Source: a virus
Direction: 5' to 3' (one strand)
Virus record (IMG/VR): IMGVR_UViG_3300042887_000598
Span: 5,921 to 69,920 of that record
Length of the DNA: 64,000 nucleotides
Shown: positions 21,498 to 31,806 of the stretch, piece by piece
How positions within the stretch are numbered: position 1 is the stretch's first letter
How the letters are laid out: every line of letters starts with the position of its first letter
The notes under the pieces: generated by a model
Seen by the model: only the letters and a program-made list of their open reading frames with translations
What the model was told of the DNA's origin: nothing
The model's database searches: none
Position numbers and translations under genes: made by a program

Positions 21498-23264
21498 ATG
21501 AACCTCGTACAGATTAACGAACGCCTGAAAGACCTGCCTATGCAGGTGGTGCAGCAGTACGCTAACGGTATGAACCCCGAGGTGCCTCCTTACTTGGCAC
21601 TGGGTGAACTGCAACGCCGTGAACTGTCGCAAAAGCAAATGGCTACTGCGCAGGGTGCGGCACAAGGCCCACAGCCAAGCGTCAAAGAGCAGGTCGAGCA
21701 GAAGGCTGGACTGATGGCTCTTCAGCAGATGCAGCAGCAACAGATGGCTCAGCAGATGGCCCAGCCTCGCGGCCCCATGTCTGTGCCTGCTGGCGTTCCT
21801 CAGCCCGAGCCACAGCCAGAGGCCATGATGGCTAGTGGCGGCTTGGCTTCCATCCCGGTGCGTTCGGACATGTTTGAGTACGCCGGTGGTGGCATTGTTG
21901 CTTTTCAATCTGGCGGTGACGTTGATGCCGCTCGGCAGGGCGCAAAGGCGGCTCGCGATAAATTAATGTCCTACGGTTTGGCTCAGCGCAAAAACGATCC
22001 CGAAGGTTTTGAAGAAGCAAAGAAGGCGGTTGAGGTTGCAGCCAGCAGACTAAGAGAGGCGGAGGCTGGCTACGCAAAAGAAATGAGCGCATCCGGCATG
22101 GATCGACCGGTTCAGGTTAGCGGGATGCCGCAAAGAACCCTTCAAACCACTGCTCCGATAGAGCAGGCGTCTTTGCGGAAGATGGATGCTCAGATGGCGC
22201 CCGCCGGGTTGCCCGGTGCCTCGCGCTCTGCCGCGCCTCCAGCGCCACGTCCACCGATGCCCCGGCCTCCTGCTGCTGCACCTGCCGCGCCACAAACCGG
22301 ACTGCCCGGTGCCGCTGCTGCCATGACTCCACAAGACGAAGTGGCAAAGCTGGCATTGGAGTCTGTTCGCGAGAAAGCCAAAGCCTTGACTCCAGAAGAG
22401 GCTATGGCGCAAGAGGGTAAGTTTGCATCTCAGTACGGCTTGGACAAGAAGTTTGGCGAAGAAGAGCGTGGCTTGCTGGCCTTGATGAGGCAGCGTCAGG
22501 CAGAGCAGGCTAAGGGACGTCCTATGGCTGAGCTTGGCGCCACTCTGCGCGGCTTTGGTCAGGGCTACGGCGGTGCCAGCGCTGCAGGCGAGCGTGCATC
22601 CCGCGAGACCTACGACATGGACATGGCAAACCAGCGTGAGATGCTCAACGCCATCAACGCCATCAACAAGGAAAACCTTGCTACAGGTAAGGCGCGTTAC
22701 GCATCAAGCGGCAGTCTGTTTGGTGAAAGCCAAAAGAGTGCAGCAACAGCCAACCAGCAACGCACTCAGACCTTGGGTCAAATGCGCGGCCAAGACATCA
22801 CCGCTGACACGGCTGAAAAAGGCCGCTTGACACAAATGCAGATTGCTAAGTTGCAGGCCGCAACCGCCAATCGCCCAAGTGAAGCCGAGCGCATCGAAAC
22901 CAATTACAGAAGCATGGTTGCCAAGGGTCAGGTAGCCGAGGCCGATGCTTATCTGGAGCGTATCGCCAAAATTAAGGGCGGTGCTGGCACCGCTGGAGTC
23001 GGAGCTGATAACGCTCAGACAAGAAAGCTGCGTGACGCGGTAAAAGACATTGACTCCCGACTTGAGTTCATGGACCCCAAGGCTCCTGAGTTTAAAACCT
23101 TGCAGGCTCAGCGCGACAGATTGTCAAAACTGATTATTGATCGGGCTATTGGAGAGGCTGGCGCTACTGCCGCTGGTGGGCCTAAAATCGGAGAAGTGCA
23201 GCAAGGCTTCCGATTCAAAGGCGGCAATCCTGCTGATCAATCCAATTGGGAAAAGGTGAAATGA
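21498..23264 (+). CDS. internal virion / ejection protein
   Basis: 588 aa, Gln/Ala/Pro-rich; C-terminal GFRFKGGNPADQSNWEKV. Confidence 0.6.
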   Translation: MNLVQINERLKDLPMQVVQQYANGMNPEVPPYLALGELQRRELSQKQMATAQGAAQGPQPSVKEQVEQKAGLMALQQMQQQQMAQQMAQPRGPMSVPAGVPQPEPQPEAMMASGGLASIPVRSDMFEYAGGGIVAFQSGGDVDAARQGAKAARDKLMSYGLAQRKNDPEGFEEAKKAVEVAASRLREAEAGYAKEMSASGMDRPVQVSGMPQRTLQTTAPIEQASLRKMDAQMAPAGLPGASRSAAPPAPRPPMPRPPAAAPAAPQTGLPGAAAAMTPQDEVAKLALESVREKAKALTPEEAMAQEGKFASQYGLDKKFGEEERGLLALMRQRQAEQAKGRPMAELGATLRGFGQGYGGASAAGERASRETYDMDMANQREMLNAINAINKENLATGKARYASSGSLFGESQKSAATANQQRTQTLGQMRGQDITADTAEKGRLTQMQIAKLQAATANRPSEAERIETNYRSMVAKGQVAEADAYLERIAKIKGGAGTAGVGADNAQTRKLRDAVKDIDSRLEFMDPKAPEFKTLQAQRDRLSKLIIDRAIGEAGATAAGGPKIGEVQQGFRFKGGNPADQSNWEKVK

Positions 23265-23265
23265 C

Positions 23266-26200
23266 ATGAGCGGACCATGGGAAAAATATCAAACTGGACC
23301 ATGGACCAAATACGCAGAGTCTGCCACCCAAGAAATTGCTGCGCCAGAACGTAAGTCCACCATCGGAAGTGAACTTGTCCGTGGTGGCAAGCAGTTGGTC
23401 TCCTCTATCCGCACTGGCGCTGGCGCTCTGACTGGTTCTCCCGAAGAAGCTGCTCTTGCTGGCGTTGCTCGCAGTCGTGCGATTGGCGAGGAAGCTGGCG
23501 AAGGCGCATCTTTTGAGGCTGTGAAGAAGGCTTACCAAGAGCGAGGCCTGCTGTCTGCCGCTGGCGAAGTGGCTGGTCAGATTCCCCGCGCTTTGGCGGG
23601 TCAGGTTCCGCAGTTGGCTGCAATGGCTGGAACTGCAAAGCTGGGCGCTATGGCTGGCGCTCCGCTTGGTCCTGTGGGCGCTATTGGTGGCGGCATTCTG
23701 GGGGCGGGCGCATCCCTGCTGCCTCAGTTCTTTGGCTCCAATATTGAGCGTCAGGCTGCCGAGCAGTTGGCAAGAGACGAGCAGGTCAAGATTGACCGTG
23801 GTGCCGCTGGCGCTGCGGCTGCCGGTCAGGCTGCGATTGAGGGTGCTGGTACGGCGTTTGTGTTGGGCAAGCGAATTGTCAAGGGCGTACTTGGTGTGGC
23901 AGATGACGCGGCCCTTGCAAGCGCCAAGGCTCAGCAGGCCATGACTAAAGCTGCCGAGCGCTCACTTGCTGCTGCGGCTGGTCGTGGCATTGCCAAAGGC
24001 GCTGCTGTTGAGATTCCTGTGGAGATTGCACAGAGCGTGCTCGAGCGTGCTCAGGCTGGCTTGGATGTCACATCCCCAGAGGCGTTGTCTGAGTACGGCG
24101 AAGTGGCATATCAGGCTGGTCTGGTTGGCGGCGCTATCGGCGCTGGCGCTGGCCCGGTGGATACGGCCATGGCACGTCAGGGCGTCAAGGCTCGCACTGC
24201 TTTTGAAGAGGCTGAAGCGAAGCGTTTGGCTGATGCCGAGCGTGCTCGACTTGAAGCTGAAGCTGCTGAGAGAGCCAAGATTCCTCCGTTGGCGCTTGGC
24301 GGTGAGGGCGCATTCACCCCTGTGGTTTTGCCTGATGGCTCGGTCGCCATGACCCGCGAGGAGCTGGCGCAGTACGAAGAGCAGCAGTTCCAGAAGAAGT
24401 ACGCAGCGCAAGCGGCTGACAAGAAACCAACACTGGCGCTTGGTGTTGGAGAGCCGTTCAAGCCTGTTGTGTTTCCTGATGGTTCGGTGGCAACCACACC
24501 TGAAGAGGTTGCCGCGTACGAGAAGCAGCAGTTTGAAGGCAAGTACAAGCCTCAACCCGTTCCACCTAAGCCCGTGTTTCAAGAGGAGCCTGTTGGCAAA
24601 TCCATTACCGGAACCAAGCCGCGCCTTGAGGCAAGACCTGCTGGCGGCGAGTTGGCCGGCATTATCTCTGGTCGCAGGGAGGCTGAAGAGGCGAAGGCTG
24701 AGATTCCTTTGGCTGATGATTATGCTTTCCTCCAGCGCGAGAAGCAGCGCCTATTGCAAGAGCCAAGCACCCCACAGATCAAGCAATTGATCCAACGGAT
24801 TGATGCTCGCATGGGTGAAGTTCTTACTCAGGACATTGAGCGCCAACGCGCAGAGGCTGAGGCTAAAAAGAGGCGCGAGCGGGCCGATGCAGAAGCCGCG
24901 AAGACCAGCGTGTTTGGGCGGGATGAATTGCCCCCAGTTGAGCGCCGTGAAGATGTTGTTGGTCAAGAGGCTTTGGCCAATCTGCAGGCAAAAGAAACTC
25001 CTGCTGAGATGACAGACTTTGAGTTGGCTCGCGCCAAGACTGTTCCACGCAAGCAGCCAAGACCAACCACCGAAGAAGATACGATTGCTGCTGAGCAAGA
25101 GAAGGAACTCAGAACCCTTCAAGCGGAGCGCAACAAGATCAAAGGCGGAGGAAATCTGTACCGCGCTCTTGAAGGTCAGCTCAACGCTTCTGAGGTCAAT
25201 GACATTTCTCCTGACATAAAGAAGCTCTACGGCAAGGGGTTCAAGCCTCTTGTCCGTCCCGGCGGTCAGGGCACAGACATATCCGAGCTTGTTGATGATG
25301 GCCTGCTCAACAACTTCTTGCCTGATGCAATGAAGAAGGGTGCTGAGAATTACGACGTGCAAGAGTCAGCCGAGTACATCAAGAACAAGTTGCGCACCAA
25401 GGATACAAGGGCTGAGGTATCCACCAAAAGAACTCGCGAGCTAGATGAAAAGATTTCGTATCTGAGTAACGTGGTGGGTGAGCGTGAGAGGGTTGCTAAA
25501 ACCCTTGCTGAGATCGAACCCGGCGAAGCTGCGACTATCGAGCGTGCTGTTGGCGATCAGGCTGTGGTCGAGACCACCGATCAAATCCGTTACAAGCGGG
25601 CCACTGGCAAGGTTGGCATCGGCAAGCAGGCTGTGCAGGACACCGTTGACGCAGTGAAGTCGCGCTGGGCCAATGCGCCCGAGGTGGTGGTTGCCGAGAA
25701 CATGGATGATCCAGCCATCCCGCAAGAGGTGCGTGACCACAACAAGGAAGCCATCGCCAAGGGCGCAAAGGGCAGTCCGCAGGGCTTCTACTACAAGGGC
25801 AAGGCATACGTCATCGCTGACTCCATTGGATCAACCAATGATGCTGTCGAGGCCTTGATGCACGAGGCTCTGGGTCACTTCGGCCTGCGTGGTGTGTTCG
25901 GCTCCAAGATGGAGGCTGTGCTGCGCGATGTGGTCAAGAATCGCCGCGCCGAGGTGGAGGCAAAAGCTAAGCAGTATGGCCTTGATCCAAAGAGCGACAA
26001 GGACATGCTTGAGGCTGCGGAAGAAGTGCTGGCTGTTATGGCTCAGACCAAACCCGGCCTGCCGTTCGTTAAGCGTGCCATCGCCATCATCCGCAACTTC
26101 CTGCGTGACCTCGGCTTTGACATCAAGATGTCCGATGCCGACATCATCCAGAAGTACATCCTGCCTGCTCGCGCTTTTGTGGAGAGTGGCAAGGGTCGAA

Positions 26201-29200
26201 CTGTTGAGGGTGGTGTTTCTGCTATGCGTGGGCAGCCCGCCCCAAGCTGGGTGCCGGAAAAAATCTGGAGACTGCATGAGCTTATGCAGCGTGCCGACGA
26301 CGAGGCTGAGGGTCGCGTTCCCTTGCGAGAAAGTGAGCAAGGTAAAGTGCCAACTTCTGGTGCCCTCAAGCGAAACCAAACAATGACTTTCCGACGCTTA
26401 AATGCTGCGGTTGATGAGTATGTTGGCGGCGATTATCAGAAGTCGATGGACTTGATGACTCGCATGAATGAAGAGTCAAACCGTCGGGCAGATGAGGTTG
26501 AGAGCAGGCCTGCCGCTATGCGTGGCGAGGCTCCAAAGACTGGCCGAGCCACCGAGGCATTTGACCGCTGGTTTGGCAACAGCAAGGTGGTGGATGAGAG
26601 TGGAAATCCTCTGGTGGTTTCTCACATCACCAAGGTCAAGGGCATCAATGTATTCGATCCAAATTACAAGACCGAGCTATCGAGCATGGGCTTTCATTTT
26701 GGGAGTAAAGACCAAGCTGAGTTTCGTGGCAAGCAGTACGACTTTAAGTCCAAGGGTGAGCCGGAGGTTGGTCAGTATTACCTGTCAATAAAGAACCCAC
26801 TGCGTGTTTCTCACATGGCGTCTTATGCCCCAGATCATCTTGCTGACCAGATGATGGATATGGGTGTGTTGGATGAAGATGCATACGCCGACATCCAATC
26901 AGAAGCAAAGTATGACTCGGTTGAAACGGGTGATCGACTTGTCAACATTCTCAAAGACCAAGGTTATGACGGTCTTGTGTATGAAAACGAGAAGGAGGGC
27001 GAGGGCGATTCTTTCGTGCCCTTTGAACCCACTCAAATCAAATCCGCCACCGGAAACATCGGCACCTACGATCCAAAAAATGCCGACATCCGCTACAGCC
27101 GCCAGAACATCAAAGGCCAGCCCATTCTCGCGCAGTGGACCACGCCCACAGACACCAAGCTGTACGGTGATACCAACAAGGACGACATCATCTATTCTTT
27201 GCAGAACAAGATGATCGACACCAAGCGCGTGGTGGACGCCATTTCCGCGACCGCTGGCAAGATCATGGCGAAGTGGAATCCGTACCTGCAAGAAGAGCTT
27301 TTCCACGGTCGCACCGCGAAGCAGACTGGTGACTTTCTCAAGAAAGAATTGCGCCCTCTCATGCAAGATATGAGCGCCCGTGGCGTGAACATCAAGGACT
27401 TCGAGGAGTACCTGCACAACCGTCATGCCGAGGATTACAACAAGCACGTAGCCAAGATCAACCCGAATATGCCCGATGGCGGCTCCGGCATTGATACCGC
27501 CGATGCTCGCGCTTACCTCAAGAGCTTGACGCCGCAGCAGAAGGCCGACTTTGAGGCGCTTGCCAAGCGGATGGATGCCATCAACAAGGGTACTCGTGAA
27601 GTGCTGGTTGAGGGCGGGCTTGAAACCCGCGATCTGATTAACCAGTGGGAGAAGACGTTTCCCTTTTACGTGCCGCTCAAGCGTGATGACTTGGATTATG
27701 CCTACACCGCTGGCGGCATGGGCACTGGTCAGGGCTTCGATGTGCGCGGCAACTTCAGCCGCCGTGCGACAGGCTCCGAGCGCAATGTCGTTGACATCTT
27801 GGCCAACACCGCCATGCAGCGAGAGCGTGCCATCATCAAGGCCGAGAAGAACCGTGTGGCTCAGGCCATGTTTGGCTTGGCCGTGCAAAGCCCCAACCCA
27901 GACTTCTGGCTGCCGATTGATCCGATGGCGGAGGTCGATCCTGCTGCTGCGCAAGACCTGCTGAGCTTCGGCTTGTCGCAGCAAGACTTGGACTTCCTAA
28001 TGAAGGAGCCACGTCAGAAGGCCGTGGACAAGAACAGTGGTCAAGTGGTTGAGCGCATCAATGCCACGCTGCGTAACAACGAGAACGTAATGTCGATGCG
28101 CTTCAATGGGCGTGATCGGTACGTGTTCTTCAACCCAAACAATCCTCGCTCAAAGAGGATGATCTCATCCCTCAAGAACTTGGATGCCGATCAGCTTGGC
28201 TACATCCTCGGGAACCTGTCAAAGGTCACCCGCTGGTTTGCTTCGGTCAACACGCAGTACAACCCGATCTTCGGTGCGTACAACTTCTTGCGCGACGTAC
28301 AAGGCGCTGCGCTGCAGTTGAGCGACACACCCCTTGCCAAGGACAGAAAGGCTGTTGTAAGTGGCACTCTGCCAGCCCTGAAGGGCATTTACTCCGCCTT
28401 GCGTGCTGAGCGCGATGGTCAAGTGGTGAACACCCCGTGGGCCAAACTGTGGAATGAGTTCCAAGAAGAGGGTGGGCAGACTGGTTTCCGTGATCAGTTC
28501 AGCCGTTCGCAGGAGCGTGCAGAGGCTCTTGAGAAAGAGCTGAAGATGGTCACCGAAGGAAAGCTGAAGTCTGCTGGCCGCGCAACGCTTGACTGGTTGA
28601 GCGACTACAACGACTCGATGGAAAACGCTGTTCGCCTGTCTGCCTACAAGGCGGCGTTGGATCGCGGCATCAACAAGCAGGAGGCTGCATCCATCGCCAA
28701 GAACCTGACAGTGAACTTCAACCGCAAGGGCCAGATCGCTGTTCAGGCTGGCGCGTTGTACGCCTTCTTCAACGCCGCTGTGCAGGGTACGACTCGCTTG
28801 GCTCAGACCCTGCGTGGCCCTGCCGGCAAGAAGATCATGGCTGGCGGCTTGCTGCTTGGCACGATGCAGGCTGCGCTGCTGGCCGCTGCCGGGTTCGATG
28901 ACGAGGAGCCACCAGAGTTTGTGCGTGAGCGGAACTTGATCCTGCCTATCGGTGGCGATAAGTACCTGACATTCCCCATGCCTCTGGGCTACCACGTCAT
29001 CCCAAGCACAAGCCGCATCATCACCGAGTGGGCGCTGTCTGGATTCAAGGACACAGGGGACCGCATCGCTTCGCTGACTGGCATGTTCCTTGAGGCATTC
29101 AACCCCATCGGTAACGCAGGCTGGTCCGCTCAGACCTTGGCCCCGACCTTTGCAGACCCCATCGTGGCGCTCACGGAGAACCGCGACTGGACTGGAAAGC

Positions 29201-29805
29201 CGATTGCCAAAAAGGATTTTGCAAACACCGATCCAACACCGGGCTACACGCGGGCCAAGGACACGGCAAGCTGGTTCTCTACGCAGTTGGCAAAGTTTTT
29301 GAATTACGCATCTGATGGAACCGAATTCCAGCCGGGCGTCCTGAGTCCAACTCCAGATCAGATCGACTACCTGATTGGTCAGGTGACTGGCGGTATTGGT
29401 CGAGAGCTTTTAAAGGCCGAGCAGACCATTACAAAGACTGCGACTGGTGAAGAGCTGCCGCCTTACAAGATTCCTGTGGTTGGCCGTTTCTATGGTGAGA
29501 CCAAGAGCTCTGCTGCTGAGTCCAATAGGTTCTACAAAAACTTGACCGAGTTAAACAAACTGGAAAACGAGATCAAAGGTCGTCGCGAAAAAAGGCAACC
29601 GATTGGGGATTTCCTCAAAGAAAACCCAGAGGCTCGTCTTGCACCAATGGCGCGAAAGACGCAGGAGGATATCCAGAAGCTACGCAAGCGCAAAGAGCAA
29701 CTGCTTGAGCGTGACGCGCCTCGTGAGTCAATCAAGCAGGTTGAGCTCATGATGACCAAGAAGATGCAGGCCTTCAATGCTCGGGTCGAGGCTGCAAAGG
29801 AGTGA
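23266..29805 (+). CDS. large polyvalent virion protein (zincin-like HExxxH peptidase, ART-like domain, LPD38-like C-terminus)
   Basis: 2179 aa; LMHEALGHFGL; FDRWFGNSKVVDESGNPLVV...GYDG...FEPTQIKSATGNIGTYD; C-terminal TVNFNRKG...LYAFFNA...NRDWTGKPI. Confidence 0.75.
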   Translation: MSGPWEKYQTGPWTKYAESATQEIAAPERKSTIGSELVRGGKQLVSSIRTGAGALTGSPEEAALAGVARSRAIGEEAGEGASFEAVKKAYQERGLLSAAGEVAGQIPRALAGQVPQLAAMAGTAKLGAMAGAPLGPVGAIGGGILGAGASLLPQFFGSNIERQAAEQLARDEQVKIDRGAAGAAAAGQAAIEGAGTAFVLGKRIVKGVLGVADDAALASAKAQQAMTKAAERSLAAAAGRGIAKGAAVEIPVEIAQSVLERAQAGLDVTSPEALSEYGEVAYQAGLVGGAIGAGAGPVDTAMARQGVKARTAFEEAEAKRLADAERARLEAEAAERAKIPPLALGGEGAFTPVVLPDGSVAMTREELAQYEEQQFQKKYAAQAADKKPTLALGVGEPFKPVVFPDGSVATTPEEVAAYEKQQFEGKYKPQPVPPKPVFQEEPVGKSITGTKPRLEARPAGGELAGIISGRREAEEAKAEIPLADDYAFLQREKQRLLQEPSTPQIKQLIQRIDARMGEVLTQDIERQRAEAEAKKRRERADAEAAKTSVFGRDELPPVERREDVVGQEALANLQAKETPAEMTDFELARAKTVPRKQPRPTTEEDTIAAEQEKELRTLQAERNKIKGGGNLYRALEGQLNASEVNDISPDIKKLYGKGFKPLVRPGGQGTDISELVDDGLLNNFLPDAMKKGAENYDVQESAEYIKNKLRTKDTRAEVSTKRTRELDEKISYLSNVVGERERVAKTLAEIEPGEAATIERAVGDQAVVETTDQIRYKRATGKVGIGKQAVQDTVDAVKSRWANAPEVVVAENMDDPAIPQEVRDHNKEAIAKGAKGSPQGFYYKGKAYVIADSIGSTNDAVEALMHEALGHFGLRGVFGSKMEAVLRDVVKNRRAEVEAKAKQYGLDPKSDKDMLEAAEEVLAVMAQTKPGLPFVKRAIAIIRNFLRDLGFDIKMSDADIIQKYILPARAFVESGKGRTVEGGVSAMRGQPAPSWVPEKIWRLHELMQRADDEAEGRVPLRESEQGKVPTSGALKRNQTMTFRRLNAAVDEYVGGDYQKSMDLMTRMNEESNRRADEVESRPAAMRGEAPKTGRATEAFDRWFGNSKVVDESGNPLVVSHITKVKGINVFDPNYKTELSSMGFHFGSKDQAEFRGKQYDFKSKGEPEVGQYYLSIKNPLRVSHMASYAPDHLADQMMDMGVLDEDAYADIQSEAKYDSVETGDRLVNILKDQGYDGLVYENEKEGEGDSFVPFEPTQIKSATGNIGTYDPKNADIRYSRQNIKGQPILAQWTTPTDTKLYGDTNKDDIIYSLQNKMIDTKRVVDAISATAGKIMAKWNPYLQEELFHGRTAKQTGDFLKKELRPLMQDMSARGVNIKDFEEYLHNRHAEDYNKHVAKINPNMPDGGSGIDTADARAYLKSLTPQQKADFEALAKRMDAINKGTREVLVEGGLETRDLINQWEKTFPFYVPLKRDDLDYAYTAGGMGTGQGFDVRGNFSRRATGSERNVVDILANTAMQRERAIIKAEKNRVAQAMFGLAVQSPNPDFWLPIDPMAEVDPAAAQDLLSFGLSQQDLDFLMKEPRQKAVDKNSGQVVERINATLRNNENVMSMRFNGRDRYVFFNPNNPRSKRMISSLKNLDADQLGYILGNLSKVTRWFASVNTQYNPIFGAYNFLRDVQGAALQLSDTPLAKDRKAVVSGTLPALKGIYSALRAERDGQVVNTPWAKLWNEFQEEGGQTGFRDQFSRSQERAEALEKELKMVTEGKLKSAGRATLDWLSDYNDSMENAVRLSAYKAALDRGINKQEAASIAKNLTVNFNRKGQIAVQAGALYAFFNAAVQGTTRLAQTLRGPAGKKIMAGGLLLGTMQAALLAAAGFDDEEPPEFVRERNLILPIGGDKYLTFPMPLGYHVIPSTSRIITEWALSGFKDTGDRIASLTGMFLEAFNPIGNAGWSAQTLAPTFADPIVALTENRDWTGKPIAKKDFANTDPTPGYTRAKDTASWFSTQLAKFLNYASDGTEFQPGVLSPTPDQIDYLIGQVTGGIGRELLKAEQTITKTATGEELPPYKIPVVGRFYGETKSSAAESNRFYKNLTELNKLENEIKGRREKRQPIGDFLKENPEARLAPMARKTQEDIQKLRKRKEQLLERDAPRESIKQVELMMTKKMQAFNARVEAAKE

Positions 29806-29858
29806 TTTCTAAACTGCGCGAGAACCAAAGCGTTTTGGTTGCCGCGTGGTTTTAGTAT

Positions 29859-30134
29859 TCATTTCTCGCTAAACAGGATGCCAATAGTTTTGTTTAGCGC
29901 AGACAGCTCATCGAGCTTAAAAACAGCCCACATTCGCTTCTGACCGTGGATTCCGTTGATGCTTCCACGGTGGCAATCTGCGCACAAAGGCATGGATGTA
30001 AACCACTGCCCCTGCTCGATCTCGTGGCACTCGCTTGGGCCTGATGCCCCGCACACCACGCAGTCCATTTCCTTGATCCGCGTGATGTGCTCCCGCTCTG
30101 CAGCGGTGGGGGCCTTCTTATTTTTGCTTTGCAT
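29859..30134 (-). CDS. small Zn-binding HNH-like (Ref/DUF968-like) protein
   Basis: CVVC...ECHE...PLCADCHRG...GIHG; likely start MQSKNKK. Confidence 0.65.
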   Translation of the reverse strand: MQSKNKKAPTAAEREHITRIKEMDCVVCGASGPSECHEIEQGQWFTSMPLCADCHRGSINGIHGQKRMWAVFKLDELSALNKTIGILFSEK

Positions 30135-30465
30135 CTTGCCTGCCGATGTCAAAGCCTGACTTCAGCCAGAACTTTCGCTCCGCCCTGAGTTGCTCGATCT
30201 CCTGAATGGAGGCGATCAGAAGGTGTTTGGTGTGGCTTGTGTCCGGCAGTGCTGCCACGTTGCCCTGAAGGATTTCAACCACGTCCACGCCCTTGCTGGA
30301 GCCTTGTCGGGCCACCCATGCAAGCATCTTGTCGATGTTGTGTTTGACTGTTGTGGCTCGGGCTTGGATGTCGCGGTAGTCTTTGTGGAGCAGGCCCTTC
30401 TCAATGGCCTTGAGTTGAATCTCGGCACGCATCATGTGCGTTGACCAGTCGTCCAGTTCAATCAT
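30118..30465 (-). CDS. hypothetical protein
   Basis: 115-aa ORF in a tightly overlapping operon with AGGAG RBS. Confidence 0.65.
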   Translation of the reverse strand: MIELDDWSTHMMRAEIQLKAIEKGLLHKDYRDIQARATTVKHNIDKMLAWVARQGSSKGVDVVEILQGNVAALPDTSHTKHLLIASIQEIEQLRAERKFWLKSGFDIGRQDAKQK

Positions 30466-30686
30466 ATCGCTCTCCTTTGAAGCATCTCGTCTGCGTGGTC
30501 AAAAGCTGCTGCGTGGATGCTGGTAAAGCAATCGTCGTTTTCAATGACCGAGCGGTCCCCGTAGTGGGCCAGCAAGCCTTGCAATGCGAACGCTGCAAAG
30601 AAATCCTGCATGGTCAGATCTTGGATCGACACAGGGTCTTGCTTGGCTACGATGGCCGCGATACCGTCAGGCTTTTTTCTTGCCAT
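30462..30686 (-). CDS. hypothetical protein
   Basis: LTMQDFFAAFALQGLLA...AFDHADEML, a common small phage protein pattern. Confidence 0.7.
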   Translation of the reverse strand: MARKKPDGIAAIVAKQDPVSIQDLTMQDFFAAFALQGLLAHYGDRSVIENDDCFTSIHAAAFDHADEMLQRRAI

Positions 30687-30987
30687 TGCCGCGCCCCTTT
30701 ACGTTCTGGTTGACGATCAGTTCTTCCAAGTCATCAGAGAGAATCTTTGCAAGAGTGTCGTCGTAGTAGCTGATTGCTTTGCACAACTCCACGCCATGGA
30801 TATGCCGGATGCAGTCACGCACGCCTTTGTTGTAGCCGCCATTGAACTCGTCGTCGCCTTCAACGATCAAGGTGATGGCGTCACGCACAAGGGCTGATGC
30901 TTTGCGGTTGCCTGCGGCCTCTTTGAGTTTGTTGTACACATCCTCCGGCAGGTGTACGGAGTATGGGATTAAGCGCTTTGCTTCCAT
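30667..30987 (-). CDS. putative ribbon-helix-helix DNA-binding protein
   Basis: YSVHLPEDVYNKLKEAA...SALVRDAI pattern. Confidence 0.55.
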   Translation of the reverse strand: MEAKRLIPYSVHLPEDVYNKLKEAAGNRKASALVRDAITLIVEGDDEFNGGYNKGVRDCIRHIHGVELCKAISYYDDTLAKILSDDLEELIVNQNVKGRGNGKKKA

Positions 30988-31394
30988 GATTGGAATTCCT
31001 CGTTGATGGCCCAGAATCTCTTGGCCTTTTGTTGGTCCTCTTTCAGCTCGGTGCGTGACTCAATGTCCAACTCACCCTTGAGCCACTCAATCACGTCAGC
31101 TTCCTTCGCTTCAAAGATTTCTTCTTTCTCGTGAAGGTACTGTGCGAACTGCTTATCGCGGCACAAAATGCCTGCGGTGCGAACAGGATCGCGGTGGTAC
31201 TCCGCATCCCTGTTCATTGGTTTGTCTTCGCCGTTTAATCTCACCATGACCACCTGATACCTTGCGCCCACGAAGTCTCTGAGCAAGCGCTCGGGGGCGT
31301 CGTCGGGGTGAATGTTGAGTGTCAACACCAGCCCCGTCTTGTCTTGCTTCATGGCGATCTTAACGGCCTCGAATTGAAGCGTTTGGATGGTCAT
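30969..31394 (-). CDS. hypothetical protein
   Basis: 141-aa ORF; AGILCRDKQFAQYL...IESRTEL. Confidence 0.65.
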   Translation of the reverse strand: MTIQTLQFEAVKIAMKQDKTGLVLTLNIHPDDAPERLLRDFVGARYQVVMVRLNGEDKPMNRDAEYHRDPVRTAGILCRDKQFAQYLHEKEEIFEAKEADVIEWLKGELDIESRTELKEDQQKAKRFWAINEEFQSWKQSA

Positions 31395-31396
31395 GG

Positions 31397-31798
31397 TCAG
31401 TACGACTTCCCGCCAGACTGCGCACGGTTCTCGATCTTGTGATCAGCACGGCTTTGGTTGTAGGCCATCTTCTCTGCAATGGCTCCAGCCAAGTCCATCT
31501 GATACGCGCCAGCCATGTCAAAGATTCGGATGACTGCATCGGCCAACTCCACTTCGCGCATCTTGCGGTGCGGCAGCTTGTCGTCCATCAGGTCTTTGCG
31601 ATCACCCTCCATTGCTTCGCTGATCTCGCTATGCACGAGGCACAGTTTGCTGCTGAAGCAGTAGGGGTTTTCGGTAATGCTTGCGCCAGTCTTCGGGTCG
31701 ATCCACCACCCGGCAGCCTTTGCTGCTTGGTGGCACTCGTACTGCAGGATGTCCGCTGCTGTTGTGATGGAGTCCATGTCAATTTCAAACTTGTGCAT
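31397..31798 (-). CDS. MazG-like NTP pyrophosphohydrolase
   Basis: LVHSEISEAMEG...EVELADAVIRIFD...KMAYN..R. Confidence 0.85.
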   Translation of the reverse strand: MHKFEIDMDSITTAADILQYECHQAAKAAGWWIDPKTGASITENPYCFSSKLCLVHSEISEAMEGDRKDLMDDKLPHRKMREVELADAVIRIFDMAGAYQMDLAGAIAEKMAYNQSRADHKIENRAQSGGKSY

Positions 31799-31806
31799 AG
31801 CTCACC

